DNA from: a virus
Taxonomy: Duplodnaviria > Heunggongvirae > Uroviricota > Caudoviricetes
Strand: one strand, 5' to 3'
DNA: 64,000 nucleotides
IMG/VR virus record: IMGVR_UViG_3300037455_000372
Span: 291,393 to 355,392 of that record
A program made the position numbers and the translations under genes. The notes below the pieces were generated by a model, which made no database searches, was not told where the DNA came from, and saw only the letters and a list, made by a program, of their open reading frames with translations. Positions 48,514 through 58,427 of this stretch are shown piece by piece. How positions within the stretch are numbered: position 1 is the first letter of the stretch; each line of letters starts with the position of its first letter.

Positions 48514-49461
48514 ATGGCAAAAGAAAAGATTACGGCTGACCAAATCAACCAAAAGATTTACAAGGAACTGAGCGACAAGTTTATCGCCGCCTTGGAACAA
48601 GGTGAAATCCCTTGGAAAAAGCCTTGGATTTGTAGCGAAAGTGGCTACATCGGCTCGTCTGGAACTCCCTACAAGTTCCTCAACACTATCTTGTGCGCAA
48701 TGAACGGCCACGAACCAGGCGAGTTCGTGACGGCCAAGGAACTTGAAAAGCGTGGCGGTCACTTCATTCCGAAGGCCGATGGTTCCAAGCAAGAACCGAC
48801 CATCGTTGTCATTCGCAAGTACCCAGAGAAGTGGGTTGAAAAGAAGGACAAGGACGGCAATGTGGTCAAGGACAAGGACGGCAAGGTCATCAAGGAACGC
48901 AAGATTTGCAGCAACCGCTATTTCCTCAAGACTTTCAAGGTGTGGCGTGTGGGTACGCAAGTCGAATGTCCGACCAAGTACACCGAAAAATATGCGAAAA
49001 AGAATCACAATCCTATCGCAGAGGCCGAAAAAATTTCTCTTGACTACATCGCACGAGAAGGAATTAAATTTTCTCACGATATTCATAACCGCGCCTTCTA
49101 CCGACCGAGCGCAGACCTTGTGAATGTGCCTCCGATGGATACTTTTCAAACGCAAGCTGGTTATTACGGAACCTTGTTCCACGAACTGGCTCACTCAACT
49201 GGAGCGGAAAATCGCCTTAAACGAGATATAAAAAATGTTTTTGGCGACCACCTTTACTCCAAAGAAGAGCTTGTCGCTGAAATCACTTCGGCTTGCATTA
49301 TGCACGATAAGGGTTGGAACACGGCAGACACCGATAAAAATAATATCGCTTATCTGCAAAGTTGGGCAAAATCTTTGAAGAGTGACCCCCAACTTATTGA
49401 AAATGCGATGCACGAAGCTAAAAAGGCGGTGGAACTTATCTACCACGGCAAGAAAAAATAA
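48514..49461 (+). CDS. ardC: ArdC-family antirestriction ssDNA-binding protein with zincin-like domain
   Basis: LEQGEIPWKKPW, Y...N, AFYRPSAD.V.VP...F, YYGTLFHELAHSTG..RL.R, YSKEELVAE, AYLQSW. Confidence 0.9.
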   Translation: MAKEKITADQINQKIYKELSDKFIAALEQGEIPWKKPWICSESGYIGSSGTPYKFLNTILCAMNGHEPGEFVTAKELEKRGGHFIPKADGSKQEPTIVVIRKYPEKWVEKKDKDGNVVKDKDGKVIKERKICSNRYFLKTFKVWRVGTQVECPTKYTEKYAKKNHNPIAEAEKISLDYIAREGIKFSHDIHNRAFYRPSADLVNVPPMDTFQTQAGYYGTLFHELAHSTGAENRLKRDIKNVFGDHLYSKEELVAEITSACIMHDKGWNTADTDKNNIAYLQSWAKSLKSDPQLIENAMHEAKKAVELIYHGKKK

Positions 49462-49510
49462 AATTCAAAATTGGGGGGTGCATTGCACCCCCTTTCCCAA
49501 AGGGGGATTT

Positions 49511-49669
49511 ATGGTACTTACTTGGAAAATTATTGTTTGTCTTGTGGTGGCTTTCTTGGTCACGATTAAGGTTTTTAAAAGTGGTTCGGCGGTATCTGTT
49601 TTAATAGGTTTTTTGGGCGTGTTCGCCTTGACTACTATCGCCTTGAATTCTTTAATTTCTCAATTTTAG
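49511..49669 (+). CDS. Small two-TM protein (52 aa)
   Basis: AGGGGG RBS; entirely hydrophobic. Confidence 0.55.
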   Translation: MVLTWKIIVCLVVAFLVTIKVFKSGSAVSVLIGFLGVFALTTIALNSLISQF

Positions 49670-49673
49670 ATTT

Positions 49674-49815
49674 TTTGCTTAACTCCCTAGCGGTGGGAAA
49701 CGCTCCCACCGCTTTTAAGTTTGCTTAACTCCCTAGGGGGAGCAAGGTGCTCCCCCTTACTTGCCTTTGCTTAACTCCCAAGGGGTGCGGACGAGGTGTC
49801 TGCACCCCATTTTTC
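49674..49815 (+). repeat. Three-unit array: TTTGCTTAACTCCC + unique GC hairpin, 46-bp period (candidate ncRNA)
   Basis: Repeat starts at 49674, 49720, 49766; stems AGCGGTGGGA/TCCCACCGCT, AGGGGGAGCA/TGCTCCCCCT, GGGGTGCGGAC/GTCTGCACCCC. Confidence 0.85.
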
Positions 49816-49917
49816 TGATCGGTCCGGGGATAGGACTGACTGTACGAGGCCGGGCTTCCCCTCGACGGTGATTACTCGTATGTAAGAAACAACTGCTCAA
49901 CCAAAGGAGTTAAGACA

Positions 49918-50058
49918 ATGGCAGATGTAATCGAAACCCTCATTCCGTGTGAAGCCATCGAAATCGATGAAAAGACCTACTTCGCCGCCCAGCGCAATGG
50001 GGCAACCCCCCTCGAAGCGGCCAAGCTCGCCACCATCAAGACGGAGGATAACCGCTAA
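49918..50058 (+). CDS. Small 46-aa hypothetical protein
   Basis: Cassette element and RBS; MADVIETLIPC.. Confidence 0.65.
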   Translation: MADVIETLIPCEAIEIDEKTYFAAQRNGATPLEAAKLATIKTEDNR

Positions 50059-50393
50059 TGAAACCCATCAAGACCGCACTCATAGCGGTGGCCGTGGCCA
50101 CCGCTTCCCTCTTCGCCCAAGACCTCCCCATTTGCGAGGAGTTCCACGGCGAGGCAAATATCCACTGCTTCCGCACCGAGGATAGAGCCATCGTCATTAG
50201 CCGTCACTCCGATGGTGGAATGACCTTCGAACTCTACACCAAGAACGGCAAGGCGTATGTGGAAACGGACGGCGAGGGGGGTATCTTCGCCAACACATCT
50301 AACACCCAAATCAACCTTTACGAGGTTGACGAGGACAAAGAAGAAACTTTACAGCAAGTCATCGCCTATGTGGCGGACGAAATCAAGTGGTAA
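50058..50393 (+). CDS. Secreted hypothetical protein
   Basis: Signal peptide MKPIKTALIAVAVATASLFA. Confidence 0.7.
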   Translation: MKPIKTALIAVAVATASLFAQDLPICEEFHGEANIHCFRTEDRAIVISRHSDGGMTFELYTKNGKAYVETDGEGGIFANTSNTQINLYEVDEDKEETLQQVIAYVADEIKW

Positions 50394-50416
50394 TTTTTAA
50401 CCAAAGGAGCAACCAA

Positions 50417-50710
50417 ATGAAAAAATTTATCTTTATCGCCATCGCTTGCGTGTGCCTCACCGCTTGCGGAGAAAAGACCGCAGAAGCCGCCAAGAATGTA
50501 GGCAAGGCCACCGCCGACCTCGCCACCACCGCAGCCTCTGAAGCCGCAGAAGCGACCAAGGACGCCGCCACGGAAGCCGCCGCCAAGATTAAGGACGAGG
50601 CAAGCAAGGCAGCGGACAAGGCAGCCACCGCCGCCAAGGACAAGGCAGCCGAGGCAGCCGCAGCAGCCTCCAAGAAGCTCCACGAGGCCGCCGACAGCCT
50701 CCGCAAGTAG
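50417..50710 (+). CDS. Ala/Lys/Glu-rich lipoprotein
   Basis: MKKFIFIAIACVCLTA-C lipobox; helical AK/EA repeats. Confidence 0.75.
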   Translation: MKKFIFIAIACVCLTACGEKTAEAAKNVGKATADLATTAASEAAEATKDAATEAAAKIKDEASKAADKAATAAKDKAAEAAAAASKKLHEAADSLRK

Positions 50711-50839
50711 TAAGCACCAACCCCAAGCCGCCGAACTCCGAGGCGGCATTTTGGGGCGGTTCCCGGATAGGGGACTGACCAGATCCGTCCGGGCGTCCCC
50801 CGGTCGGCTATCCCACCTATACAAGCAAAGGAGTTAGCT

Positions 50840-51070
50840 ATGTCAAACCGAGTAACGCAGAAGTACCTCCGCTCTTTGGAGCGAGATGGGTTAGCCACCA
50901 ACATCAACCAATGGGACGAAGCCCAGCTGAACGAAATCCGCCACAAGGGTGTAGCCACCGTGAGCGTGTCCGTGGGCGTGAACGGCTTGAACGGTGCCGA
51001 ACTCCAAGACGACGACGGCAAACGCTATGTAATCGTCGGACGGAACACGACCCTAGCGAGAATGGTCTAG
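50840..51070 (+). CDS. Hypothetical protein
   Basis: Cassette element upstream. Confidence 0.7.
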   Translation: MSNRVTQKYLRSLERDGLATNINQWDEAQLNEIRHKGVATVSVSVGVNGLNGAELQDDDGKRYVIVGRNTTLARMV

Positions 51071-51148
51071 GGACTGGCTGGGACTGGCTGGGTTTCCCCA
51101 AGCCTCCCATCACCTCTATACAAGAAACGACCTCAAAGGAGTTAAGCT

Positions 51149-51604
51149 ATGGGTTTTACAGCAAACGAAATCAAGGATTGGGCGCACAACGCCGTCAGTA
51201 TGATACCGCACGTAGAATGGTTCCACGGTTGGGAACTTACCTACCGCACGAACGCACTTAGCCTCGTCAAGGAAGATGTAGTCATCGTCTTGAGCGAGTC
51301 GATAATGAAGTTCTGCCGAGTGACCAGCTCGACCAAGCCGAGCGAAGCTCGTCGCCGTATCGAAGAGCATATGACCATCGGCTTCGACGGCTCGGATATG
51401 CTCATCAACATCGACGGCGGTGAGGGTAGCGGCCTCCACACCTACACGGTTCCGCTCCGCTGCTGGGTCGATAAAGAGGACGAGGCAAGGGTGGCGAGCC
51501 AGCTCAAGTTCGACCTCAAATACAAGGTCGAAGCATACCACCCCAACCAAGGCGCAGAACACCTCCGAGAGTTCGGCAAGTTCGACAAGAAATGGCCGAG
51601 GTAG
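51149..51604 (+). CDS. Hypothetical protein
   Basis: Cassette element upstream. Confidence 0.7.
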   Translation: MGFTANEIKDWAHNAVSMIPHVEWFHGWELTYRTNALSLVKEDVVIVLSESIMKFCRVTSSTKPSEARRRIEEHMTIGFDGSDMLINIDGGEGSGLHTYTVPLRCWVDKEDEARVASQLKFDLKYKVEAYHPNQGAEHLREFGKFDKKWPR

Positions 51605-51658
51605 GACGGGTTTCCCCCTCCGTCCTATTCACTCTATACAAGAAAAGGAGTTAAGACG

Positions 51659-52051
51659 ATGAAAAAAATTATTACGCCTCGTGAACCGATGCCCATAAAG
51701 ATTTTGAACTGGTGCATCAAGAATGGAGTCTGCGATGTCTGCACCTACGACAACGGCAAGGAATCCCTCGACCGTCGCTGGGAGGTCGAATTCCGCACCG
51801 ACAAGGTTATCAGCCTCGACGGTTTGGACTTCTGCAAGTGCTTTACGGATGGCCGTGAGGTCGTCGATAGCCTCACAAAGCAGCTTGGGGCGACGACGGT
51901 CATCGGTATGACTGCCGAGGGAGCCTTGAACTATGCGCTCCACTATGGGACGGATTACAAGCTCCGTGACCGTTTCACCAAGTTCCTCGACCGTTACGGC
52001 TACAAGTGGCACTGCATCAGCAACTGCTATTACCTCGTCTACAAGGTCTAG
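51659..52051 (+). CDS. Hypothetical protein
   Basis: Cassette element upstream. Confidence 0.7.
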   Translation: MKKIITPREPMPIKILNWCIKNGVCDVCTYDNGKESLDRRWEVEFRTDKVISLDGLDFCKCFTDGREVVDSLTKQLGATTVIGMTAEGALNYALHYGTDYKLRDRFTKFLDRYGYKWHCISNCYYLVYKV

Positions 52052-52130
52052 GAACTGGCTGGGACTGGCTGGGTTTCCCCCAGCCTCCCATCGCCTCTAT
52101 ACAAGAACTGAACAACAAAGGAGTTAAGCT

Positions 52131-52553
52131 ATGATGACCGTTTCCGAAGCCTACGAATGGGTATTGAACCATACGAAACCAGCGCACGAATGTTTTCAGC
52201 GTGGCGTCCGTGAATATATGATTGAAATGCTGAAAAAGCTCAAGGATGGCGACCACGAGGAAGTCAACGGCGAAACGCCTATCAATAAATTGACGTTGGC
52301 GCACCTTACGCACCACTGCGACGGCTCGAACATTTTGATAACCGAACGCAGCAAGGAAGCAAAGGAAATAGTCCGCCGTGCTTGCTATGGTGCTATGTTC
52401 CTAGTATCAAACGAGGATATAGCAAACCGCCTTTTCACGAAGGCCGAGAAGGCGAACGCTCGGATGTACGAAAACGCTATGGAAAGCCAGGTGGAGGCCG
52501 TTTGGGCGGCCATTGGCTTGCTCTCCGAACTGCGCTTAGTGTTGCGCTCCTAA
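52131..52553 (+). CDS. Hypothetical protein
   Basis: Cassette element upstream; anti-RBS motif downstream. Confidence 0.7.
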   Translation: MMTVSEAYEWVLNHTKPAHECFQRGVREYMIEMLKKLKDGDHEEVNGETPINKLTLAHLTHHCDGSNILITERSKEAKEIVRRACYGAMFLVSNEDIANRLFTKAEKANARMYENAMESQVEAVWAAIGLLSELRLVLRS

Positions 52554-52682
52554 GATTTGCTTAACTCCCAACCCCCTTCAAAGGGGGTGTTTCTTGGGGG
52601 AAGTCCGGTCCGGGACTGACCGGATCTGGCCGGGCTTCCCCTTCTTGCCTATCGTACCTATATCAGAAAGGAGTTAAGCGAT

Positions 52683-53219
52683 ATGTCAAACACAACCGAA
52701 ACACAGAGACTTTACTACGGCTTCAGCAAGACCGAGCTTGCCTATCCGTCTAGGATTGACCGAGACAACTGGGACAACTATGTCATAACCATCAGCAACG
52801 GCACGGAGCTGCGTGAACACTGCCGAGCCATCGCCGAGGCCGAGCACGCCAACGCCGACTGTATCGAGCACGCTCTTGGCGAGCTGTTCAGCTGGCTGGG
52901 CGACGGCGACCACGAAGAGGTAGGCACGGTCGAAGAGGAAGGCTGGTACGAGCCGCCTCGCTACAACTACGCCGACCCAGCAGCCGCTTGCGATGCCGAA
53001 GGGGGTATCACCTCGGCGGTGGTCAATCTGACCTACCCAACGGCGGACACGGCTGGCGGCGCATACCACATCATCGACGAGGTCATCGGCTTTATGCTCG
53101 ACGACGAGGTGATTGACAGCGAAGAGGAGATAGCTCTGCGCACTTGTCAAAAATTCATTTCTCGCTGGGTGGCCGAGAAAGTCCACGAATTTGACCGCCA
53201 AGACGTTCACGAGGATTAG
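52683..53219 (+). CDS. Acidic hypothetical protein
   Basis: Cassette element upstream; D/E-rich. Confidence 0.7.
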   Translation: MSNTTETQRLYYGFSKTELAYPSRIDRDNWDNYVITISNGTELREHCRAIAEAEHANADCIEHALGELFSWLGDGDHEEVGTVEEEGWYEPPRYNYADPAAACDAEGGITSAVVNLTYPTADTAGGAYHIIDEVIGFMLDDEVIDSEEEIALRTCQKFISRWVAEKVHEFDRQDVHED

Positions 53220-53309
53220 TTTTTCTTAACTCCCAAACCGGGGGACTGGCTCGAACTCCGTCGGGCCTCCCCCAAGCTTTTATTTTTCTTATATCGAAAA
53301 GGAGACCTT

Positions 53310-53723
53310 ATGGCTTTGTTAGCATACCACTTCAGAACACCGGACTACGACGACCCCAATATCGACAATATGCCCCAAGCGACGACAGCGTCCAACGAGA
53401 AGAATGCGTGGGACATCGTTCGACAGAAGGCACGAGATTTTATTCAAAATGTGATTCACGACACTCCGTCGAACATCGACGAACTCGACGACCGAATCGT
53501 TAAAGGCGGCTGCCACGACGAGAACGGCACGACGGTTAAGTACACCCACACGGCCAAGCTCGACGGACAGTTCGAATACAGCATCGAAGGCTGGTCGGTC
53601 GGTAACTTGGTGTGGCTCACGGTCGATATCCATCCGTTGGCACGTCGTTCGGCTCTCACCTTGAGAAGCGACGACGAACCGCTCTGCGGCCTCGCCATCT
53701 TCGAAGCTCGAATCTACGCATAA
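53310..53723 (+). CDS. Hypothetical protein
   Basis: Cassette element upstream. Confidence 0.7.
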   Translation: MALLAYHFRTPDYDDPNIDNMPQATTASNEKNAWDIVRQKARDFIQNVIHDTPSNIDELDDRIVKGGCHDENGTTVKYTHTAKLDGQFEYSIEGWSVGNLVWLTVDIHPLARRSALTLRSDDEPLCGLAIFEARIYA

Positions 53724-53803
53724 CAAAGGAACCACTATGGCAAAAAACACCATCCGCATCGTCAAACCGTCCAAGAAGCGCATCTGCGGCTAAAGGAGCA
53801 TCT

Positions 53804-53938
53804 ATGTTCATCCAGTTTGGTAGAACCAAGTTTTTACGTACTGCTGGCTTTATTAGCGGCTTGCCCCTAGTTAAGCCCATCGTCACCGCCTCGCACAACA
53901 ACGCCGATCTCTACGGTCGGTTCAAGAAGCGGAAATGA
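53804..53938 (+). CDS. Small basic 44-aa protein (preceded by an 18-aa ORF at 53737-53793)
   Basis: AAGGAG RBS; both mini-ORFs have RBSs. Confidence 0.5.
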   Translation: MFIQFGRTKFLRTAGFISGLPLVKPIVTASHNNADLYGRFKKRK

Positions 53939-53998
53939 CTGGACCGGTCCGGGCTTCCCCGGACTGGCTATCGTTCCTATACAAGCAAAGGAGTTAAT

Positions 53999-54322
53999 AT
54001 GGAAATGATAGACGCCATTGATACGATTGAAGCTGCAAAGGCTGACTTTGAGAAACGCACTAGCAACTTGGTTAACGGTCTCAGCACATACGGATTTGTC
54101 AAGGTCTCGTATGCGTGTCAAGGGGTTGACTTTAGGATTAGCGCAAAGCTCGACAAGCACGATGTTGAGCTGTTCGCTTGCCACCGCAAGGACGGCAACA
54201 AGAACATAGCTCTAGGGGTATCTTACAAGGACGGAGACGAATGGGAATCGCGCTATTCGGACGATGACACTTGGCACGGCTTGGCCTTGGTTCTAGTGAG
54301 CTTAAAGCGAGAGCTTTCCTAG
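53999..54322 (+). CDS. Hypothetical protein
   Basis: Cassette element upstream. Confidence 0.7.
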   Translation: MEMIDAIDTIEAAKADFEKRTSNLVNGLSTYGFVKVSYACQGVDFRISAKLDKHDVELFACHRKDGNKNIALGVSYKDGDEWESRYSDDDTWHGLALVLVSLKRELS

Positions 54323-54405
54323 TGCAATGACCAGATCGGTCCGGGCTTCCCCGGACTGCCTATCGTTCCTATACAAGGAACGAAACAACAACAAGGAGTT
54401 AAGAT

Positions 54406-55473
54406 ATGTTGAGTTCAGACTTTATCGCATTTCACGAGCGTTGCAAGCGTAAGTTCGGAGACATCTTCCGCCAAGGCGCACGAGTCAAGCCGTTTCCCCA
54501 CGATGTGTATGGTTGGAAGGCGGTGGCCATTGACCGAGAAGGGAACGTGATGGTCTTCAGCGGAGACCACGGCTCTAGCAATCCTGAAGGCATTGTCGGA
54601 GTCCTAAACGGCAAGGTATACAAGACCCACCACTCCAATGGCCGCTTTCAGAGCGGAGTCCGCACCATTAGCGAATCTCGCGACACCTACCCCGAAATCT
54701 GCGGCTTCAGCAGTCCTACGGAAATGGCCGAAGTGAATTGCATCAACCTTAGTCAGTGCGAAATGGCTATGGAAATGCTCTCCGCATTGGTTCCCGAACA
54801 AGTAGCCAAGAACGAAGCCGAAGACAAGGCGGTTACGGAACTGCGTGAATTTTGCAAGAGCATTTTCAATGTGCGTGGGTTCTTGTCCGACTTGAAACGC
54901 AAGCACAAAAATTTGATTGATTGGTTTGCAAGGCTTGAAAACAAGGAAAATTCCACTTGGAACTCTAGCACGCCTTTGTGGTGCGGTTCTTATAGGGGTT
55001 GGCACTCCAATGTGGAAAATGTTTATTTTTGTGGCAACAAAGTTACGCAAGGCTACAAATTTATTTGCAGTGCGAACAAGGCGGAAGGCACGGAAGTCAC
55101 CGAAAAGACTTTCTACAAGAAACTTCTGCCGAGCTTGGCCGAGAGAGCCGAGACCTTGAAAGACTTGGACAAGTGGCACACCTTTATTCAATTCTGTATG
55201 TGCCGTTATGGTGATTTCTCTATCACACGCGAGCCGAGCGGAGCGGTTCACTACTATATCAAGGGTTATAGTGACACCGCTATCCCCAAGGACTACCATT
55301 TCAGCGGAGCCGCTTGGAGAGACGGCCTTCGCAAGGCGACCGAGACCGAAGAAAAGACCATTACCAAGTGGGTCAAGGTCTGCGGTAACTGCAAGCTTGA
55401 CACGGCTATGGTGAATTGGTCTAAAAGGGTGTGGAGAGAACCCACCGAAGACGAACTGAACGCACTCCCTTAA
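54406..55473 (+). CDS. Hypothetical protein (355 aa)
   Basis: Cassette element upstream. Confidence 0.7.
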   Translation: MLSSDFIAFHERCKRKFGDIFRQGARVKPFPHDVYGWKAVAIDREGNVMVFSGDHGSSNPEGIVGVLNGKVYKTHHSNGRFQSGVRTISESRDTYPEICGFSSPTEMAEVNCINLSQCEMAMEMLSALVPEQVAKNEAEDKAVTELREFCKSIFNVRGFLSDLKRKHKNLIDWFARLENKENSTWNSSTPLWCGSYRGWHSNVENVYFCGNKVTQGYKFICSANKAEGTEVTEKTFYKKLLPSLAERAETLKDLDKWHTFIQFCMCRYGDFSITREPSGAVHYYIKGYSDTAIPKDYHFSGAAWRDGLRKATETEEKTITKWVKVCGNCKLDTAMVNWSKRVWREPTEDELNALP

Positions 55474-55622
55474 CTCCGCTAGGGGTGGTTCCCAAACCGA
55501 TGGGAGCCACCCTTTTTGGGGGTGGGAATCCGCTCAGGACTTACTGGACCGGACCGGGTTTCCCCCTACCGAGTATCTACCCTATACAAGAAACGAATCA
55601 CCCATCACAAAGGAGTTAAGAT

Positions 55623-56279
55623 ATGGGAATGGTAAAGCTTACTAAGGCTAACGAGAAGACGCTCGCCAAGCGTCAGAATATGGTCGCCAAGGCAGCCGAA
55701 AAGGCGGCAGCAAAGGCAGCCAAGGCAGCAGCAAAGGCGGCTCCCAAGGCCGAACCGCTCAAGGAACCGACAGTGGCCGAACTCAAGGTGTTCGCCGACT
55801 TGCTCAAGAGCGGCAAGAAAGCCTATCTGTTCGCCACCCCCAAGGTCACGCTCGAAGGCACCAAGCTCGGCTTGGCTTGGGCGAACGGCACCGCAATGGA
55901 GAATCCGATTGAAGCTCTGTGGAGTGTCAAGGCCATCGTCACCAAGTCGCCCACGGTTGAAACGGCTCCGACCGACGGCTACTACATCAAGACCAAGACT
56001 TGCGACGATGGTTCCGTGGTTGTGCATTTCTTCAAGGCACCCGGAAAAACTTCCTTCTGCCATTCCACCCACAATACCACTATGGTGGACAAGGTGAAAT
56101 GGATTAACGAAGGCAAGCCGTGTGGCTACCGCTACGGATTTGCTTTCAAGGGAGCTAGTTCCCACCGAATCACCACGGGCGAGGCCAAGGAAAGAATTTT
56201 GAACCACAAGTATGACGAATGCGATGTGGAAGGTGGTGTGCTGATGTTCCAAGAATATTCCGCAGCCGATATGGAATAA
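55623..56279 (+). CDS. Hypothetical protein with AK-rich N-terminus
   Basis: Cassette element upstream; KAAEKAAAKAAK tract. Confidence 0.7.
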   Translation: MGMVKLTKANEKTLAKRQNMVAKAAEKAAAKAAKAAAKAAPKAEPLKEPTVAELKVFADLLKSGKKAYLFATPKVTLEGTKLGLAWANGTAMENPIEALWSVKAIVTKSPTVETAPTDGYYIKTKTCDDGSVVVHFFKAPGKTSFCHSTHNTTMVDKVKWINEGKPCGYRYGFAFKGASSHRITTGEAKERILNHKYDECDVEGGVLMFQEYSAADME

Positions 56280-56338
56280 ATTTTCTTAACTCCAAGTGGG
56301 GGAGTGGCGACACTCCCCCTTTTTTAAAGGATTTTACT

Positions 56339-56626
56339 ATGGCATTGAATGACGACCAAGACGAAAACATTACCTATTTGTCAACAAATAAATTTAAAAT
56401 TGTTCAGCGAATCCAAGAACTAAAGGATACTCGCGACAAGTTGGTTTCTTTGTTCGGCAAAGACCCCTACCACAGCATTATTTTTAACCACCTTACGGAC
56501 ACCATAAACGCCTTGTTTGGGCAAGTCCAACTAATCAACACCCAAATAGATAGGGTAAGGGTAAAAGGCGGCTTAAAACCGCTCTATGACCAGTACGCCG
56601 AGCTTTACGGCAAGCAGACTGGCTAA
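56339..56626 (+). CDS. Hypothetical protein
   Basis: AAGGA RBS; start MALNDD. Confidence 0.55.
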   Translation: MALNDDQDENITYLSTNKFKIVQRIQELKDTRDKLVSLFGKDPYHSIIFNHLTDTINALFGQVQLINTQIDRVRVKGGLKPLYDQYAELYGKQTG

Positions 56627-56685
56627 GATCGACCGGGCGTCCCCCGCCCGGTTATTCTTTTTATACAAGAAACAAAGGAGTTAAT

Positions 56686-57018
56686 ATGGTAAAGGTTATC
56701 AAAAACACGGCAGACAAGACTAAAAAGCTTCTCAAGGCCGAAGTCAACAAAATCGTAAAGCAGTTCAATAGCCGCCTCGTGTTCAATAAGCAAGGCTGGG
56801 TAGGCAAGACGCCAGCTGGGTTCGCCGACAAGTGGGTGGAACTGTATGCGTCAGACTACAATGACGAAGCTCTCAAGGAAGCCATCGACCAGATTAAGAA
56901 AGCTGGCTACTATGTGTGGAAAATCTACGGTTGCTATGGCCGTAACTCTGCGCTCGACACGGTCTACCGTATCACCGAGAGCCGTCTGAAACCGACTCCC
57001 GGATGCACTCTGGTGTAG
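56686..57018 (+). CDS. Hypothetical protein
   Basis: Cassette element upstream. Confidence 0.7.
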   Translation: MVKVIKNTADKTKKLLKAEVNKIVKQFNSRLVFNKQGWVGKTPAGFADKWVELYASDYNDEALKEAIDQIKKAGYYVWKIYGCYGRNSALDTVYRITESRLKPTPGCTLV

Positions 57019-57107
57019 CCTAACTGGCTGGGACTGGCCGGGTTTCCCCGGTCCGGCTATCTCTCCTATACAAGAAACAACCAACCACTCAAAAGGAGTT
57101 AAGACCT

Positions 57108-57524
57108 ATGGCACAGAAACTGCTCACCAAATCCATCATCGAAGCTATCGCAAAGACCCCCTACGGTTCTGAAGACGGCGTCGACCGCGACAACAAGAAG
57201 GTAATCGCTCGCTTCTTCGGCGGTGCGGCCTTTGTCTGCTATGTCCTCGAAGACGACAGCTTCTTCAAGGAATACAAGACCGACGAAAAGACCGGCAAGA
57301 CGGTTCCGACCAGTATCGAGGAATCGAACATCGAAGAGAATATGATAGTCTTCTGCGCCCAGTCGATTGGCCACGGCCTCGAACTCGGCGGCGTCTCCCT
57401 CAAGGAAGTGTTCGAACTCCGCTTCCGTCCGTTCGGCCTCGGAGTTGAACGCGACAGCAGCGTGGAACCGTTCAAGTACACCCTTGGCGAACTTCGCAAA
57501 AGACAAGGCGAGGAATGGATGTAG
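57108..57524 (+). CDS. DUF2958-like protein
   Basis: LLTK..., VIARFF, ELGGVSLKE, GLGVERD pattern. Confidence 0.65.
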   Translation: MAQKLLTKSIIEAIAKTPYGSEDGVDRDNKKVIARFFGGAAFVCYVLEDDSFFKEYKTDEKTGKTVPTSIEESNIEENMIVFCAQSIGHGLELGGVSLKEVFELRFRPFGLGVERDSSVEPFKYTLGELRKRQGEEWM

Positions 57525-57590
57525 CCCCATCCTCGCTGGGGGAGGCGGTAGGGGTGCCGACCTCCCCATTTTTCTTTAAAGGAGCTTTTT

Positions 57591-57878
57591 ATGGCACAGA
57601 TGAAACTTGTCACACAGTTCAAACAAATGTTTTCTCGTTTCTGCAACGACGGTAAGCAAGCCGTGTTTGGGTATTGGCAGTGCTGCCGTGGTGGTTACGA
57701 CAAGTGGTTTGAAATTTATTTCAGTCGTCACAATATCGGAGCCGTGTGCGACTGCGTGAACGGTGAATGTAATTGGTTCGGTAACATCAAGGAAATCGGA
57801 ATCACCGAATCCGAGCTAGAGGAAATCAAGAAATTCATTACCGATCATTACCCTCACACCAAGTTCGTCGAGGAATGA
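57591..57878 (+). CDS. Hypothetical protein
   Basis: AAGGAG RBS. Confidence 0.65.
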   Translation: MAQMKLVTQFKQMFSRFCNDGKQAVFGYWQCCRGGYDKWFEIYFSRHNIGAVCDCVNGECNWFGNIKEIGITESELEEIKKFITDHYPHTKFVEE

Positions 57879-57947
57879 CCGGGACGGTCCGGGTCTCCCC
57901 GGACTGGATATCGCTCCTATACAAGAAACAACCAATAGGAGACAGAT

Positions 57948-58355
57948 ATGAAATTCGTAGTATTAACCTCGAACGACACTCGCGACTCGCTTTCCGAGAA
58001 CACGCTTTTTGGCACTCGTCTCTATTCTGACGAGAACGGCAAAGACCCAGTAGAATCGGCGTCCGCTACGATTTGGGAGCGTATGCAAAGCGACCTTGAA
58101 GCGTATAACATCTACAAAGTCGAATTGAACGGCGAAACCGTATTCCAAAAGGAAGATGGCGAAATGGGCTGGGGTAGTGTGGATAAAGAAACCCCAGACC
58201 AGCTTAAACTCCGCACACACGACGAAATCAAGGCGGCGTATGGCTGTCTGAAGACCGCTTCCGTGGTCGTCCGTGGCTCTGACGACATCTTCTGCGGTAT
58301 CTTCCACAAGGCACAAGAACGCAAGCCGAACGACGACACCGCCGAAGTCGTCTAA
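57948..58355 (+). CDS. Hypothetical protein
   Basis: Cassette element upstream. Confidence 0.7.
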   Translation: MKFVVLTSNDTRDSLSENTLFGTRLYSDENGKDPVESASATIWERMQSDLEAYNIYKVELNGETVFQKEDGEMGWGSVDKETPDQLKLRTHDEIKAAYGCLKTASVVVRGSDDIFCGIFHKAQERKPNDDTAEVV

Positions 58356-58427
58356 CGGAACTGGCCGGACCGGTCCGGGCGTCCCCAGACCGGTTATTTC
58401 CTCTATACAAGAAACAAAGGAGCTAAT

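Noticed and set aside
49674-49815. CRISPR array
   Set aside because: The repeat is only 14 nt, there are three units, the 'spacers' are self-complementary hairpins and no cas genes are present; reported instead as an anti-RBS array.
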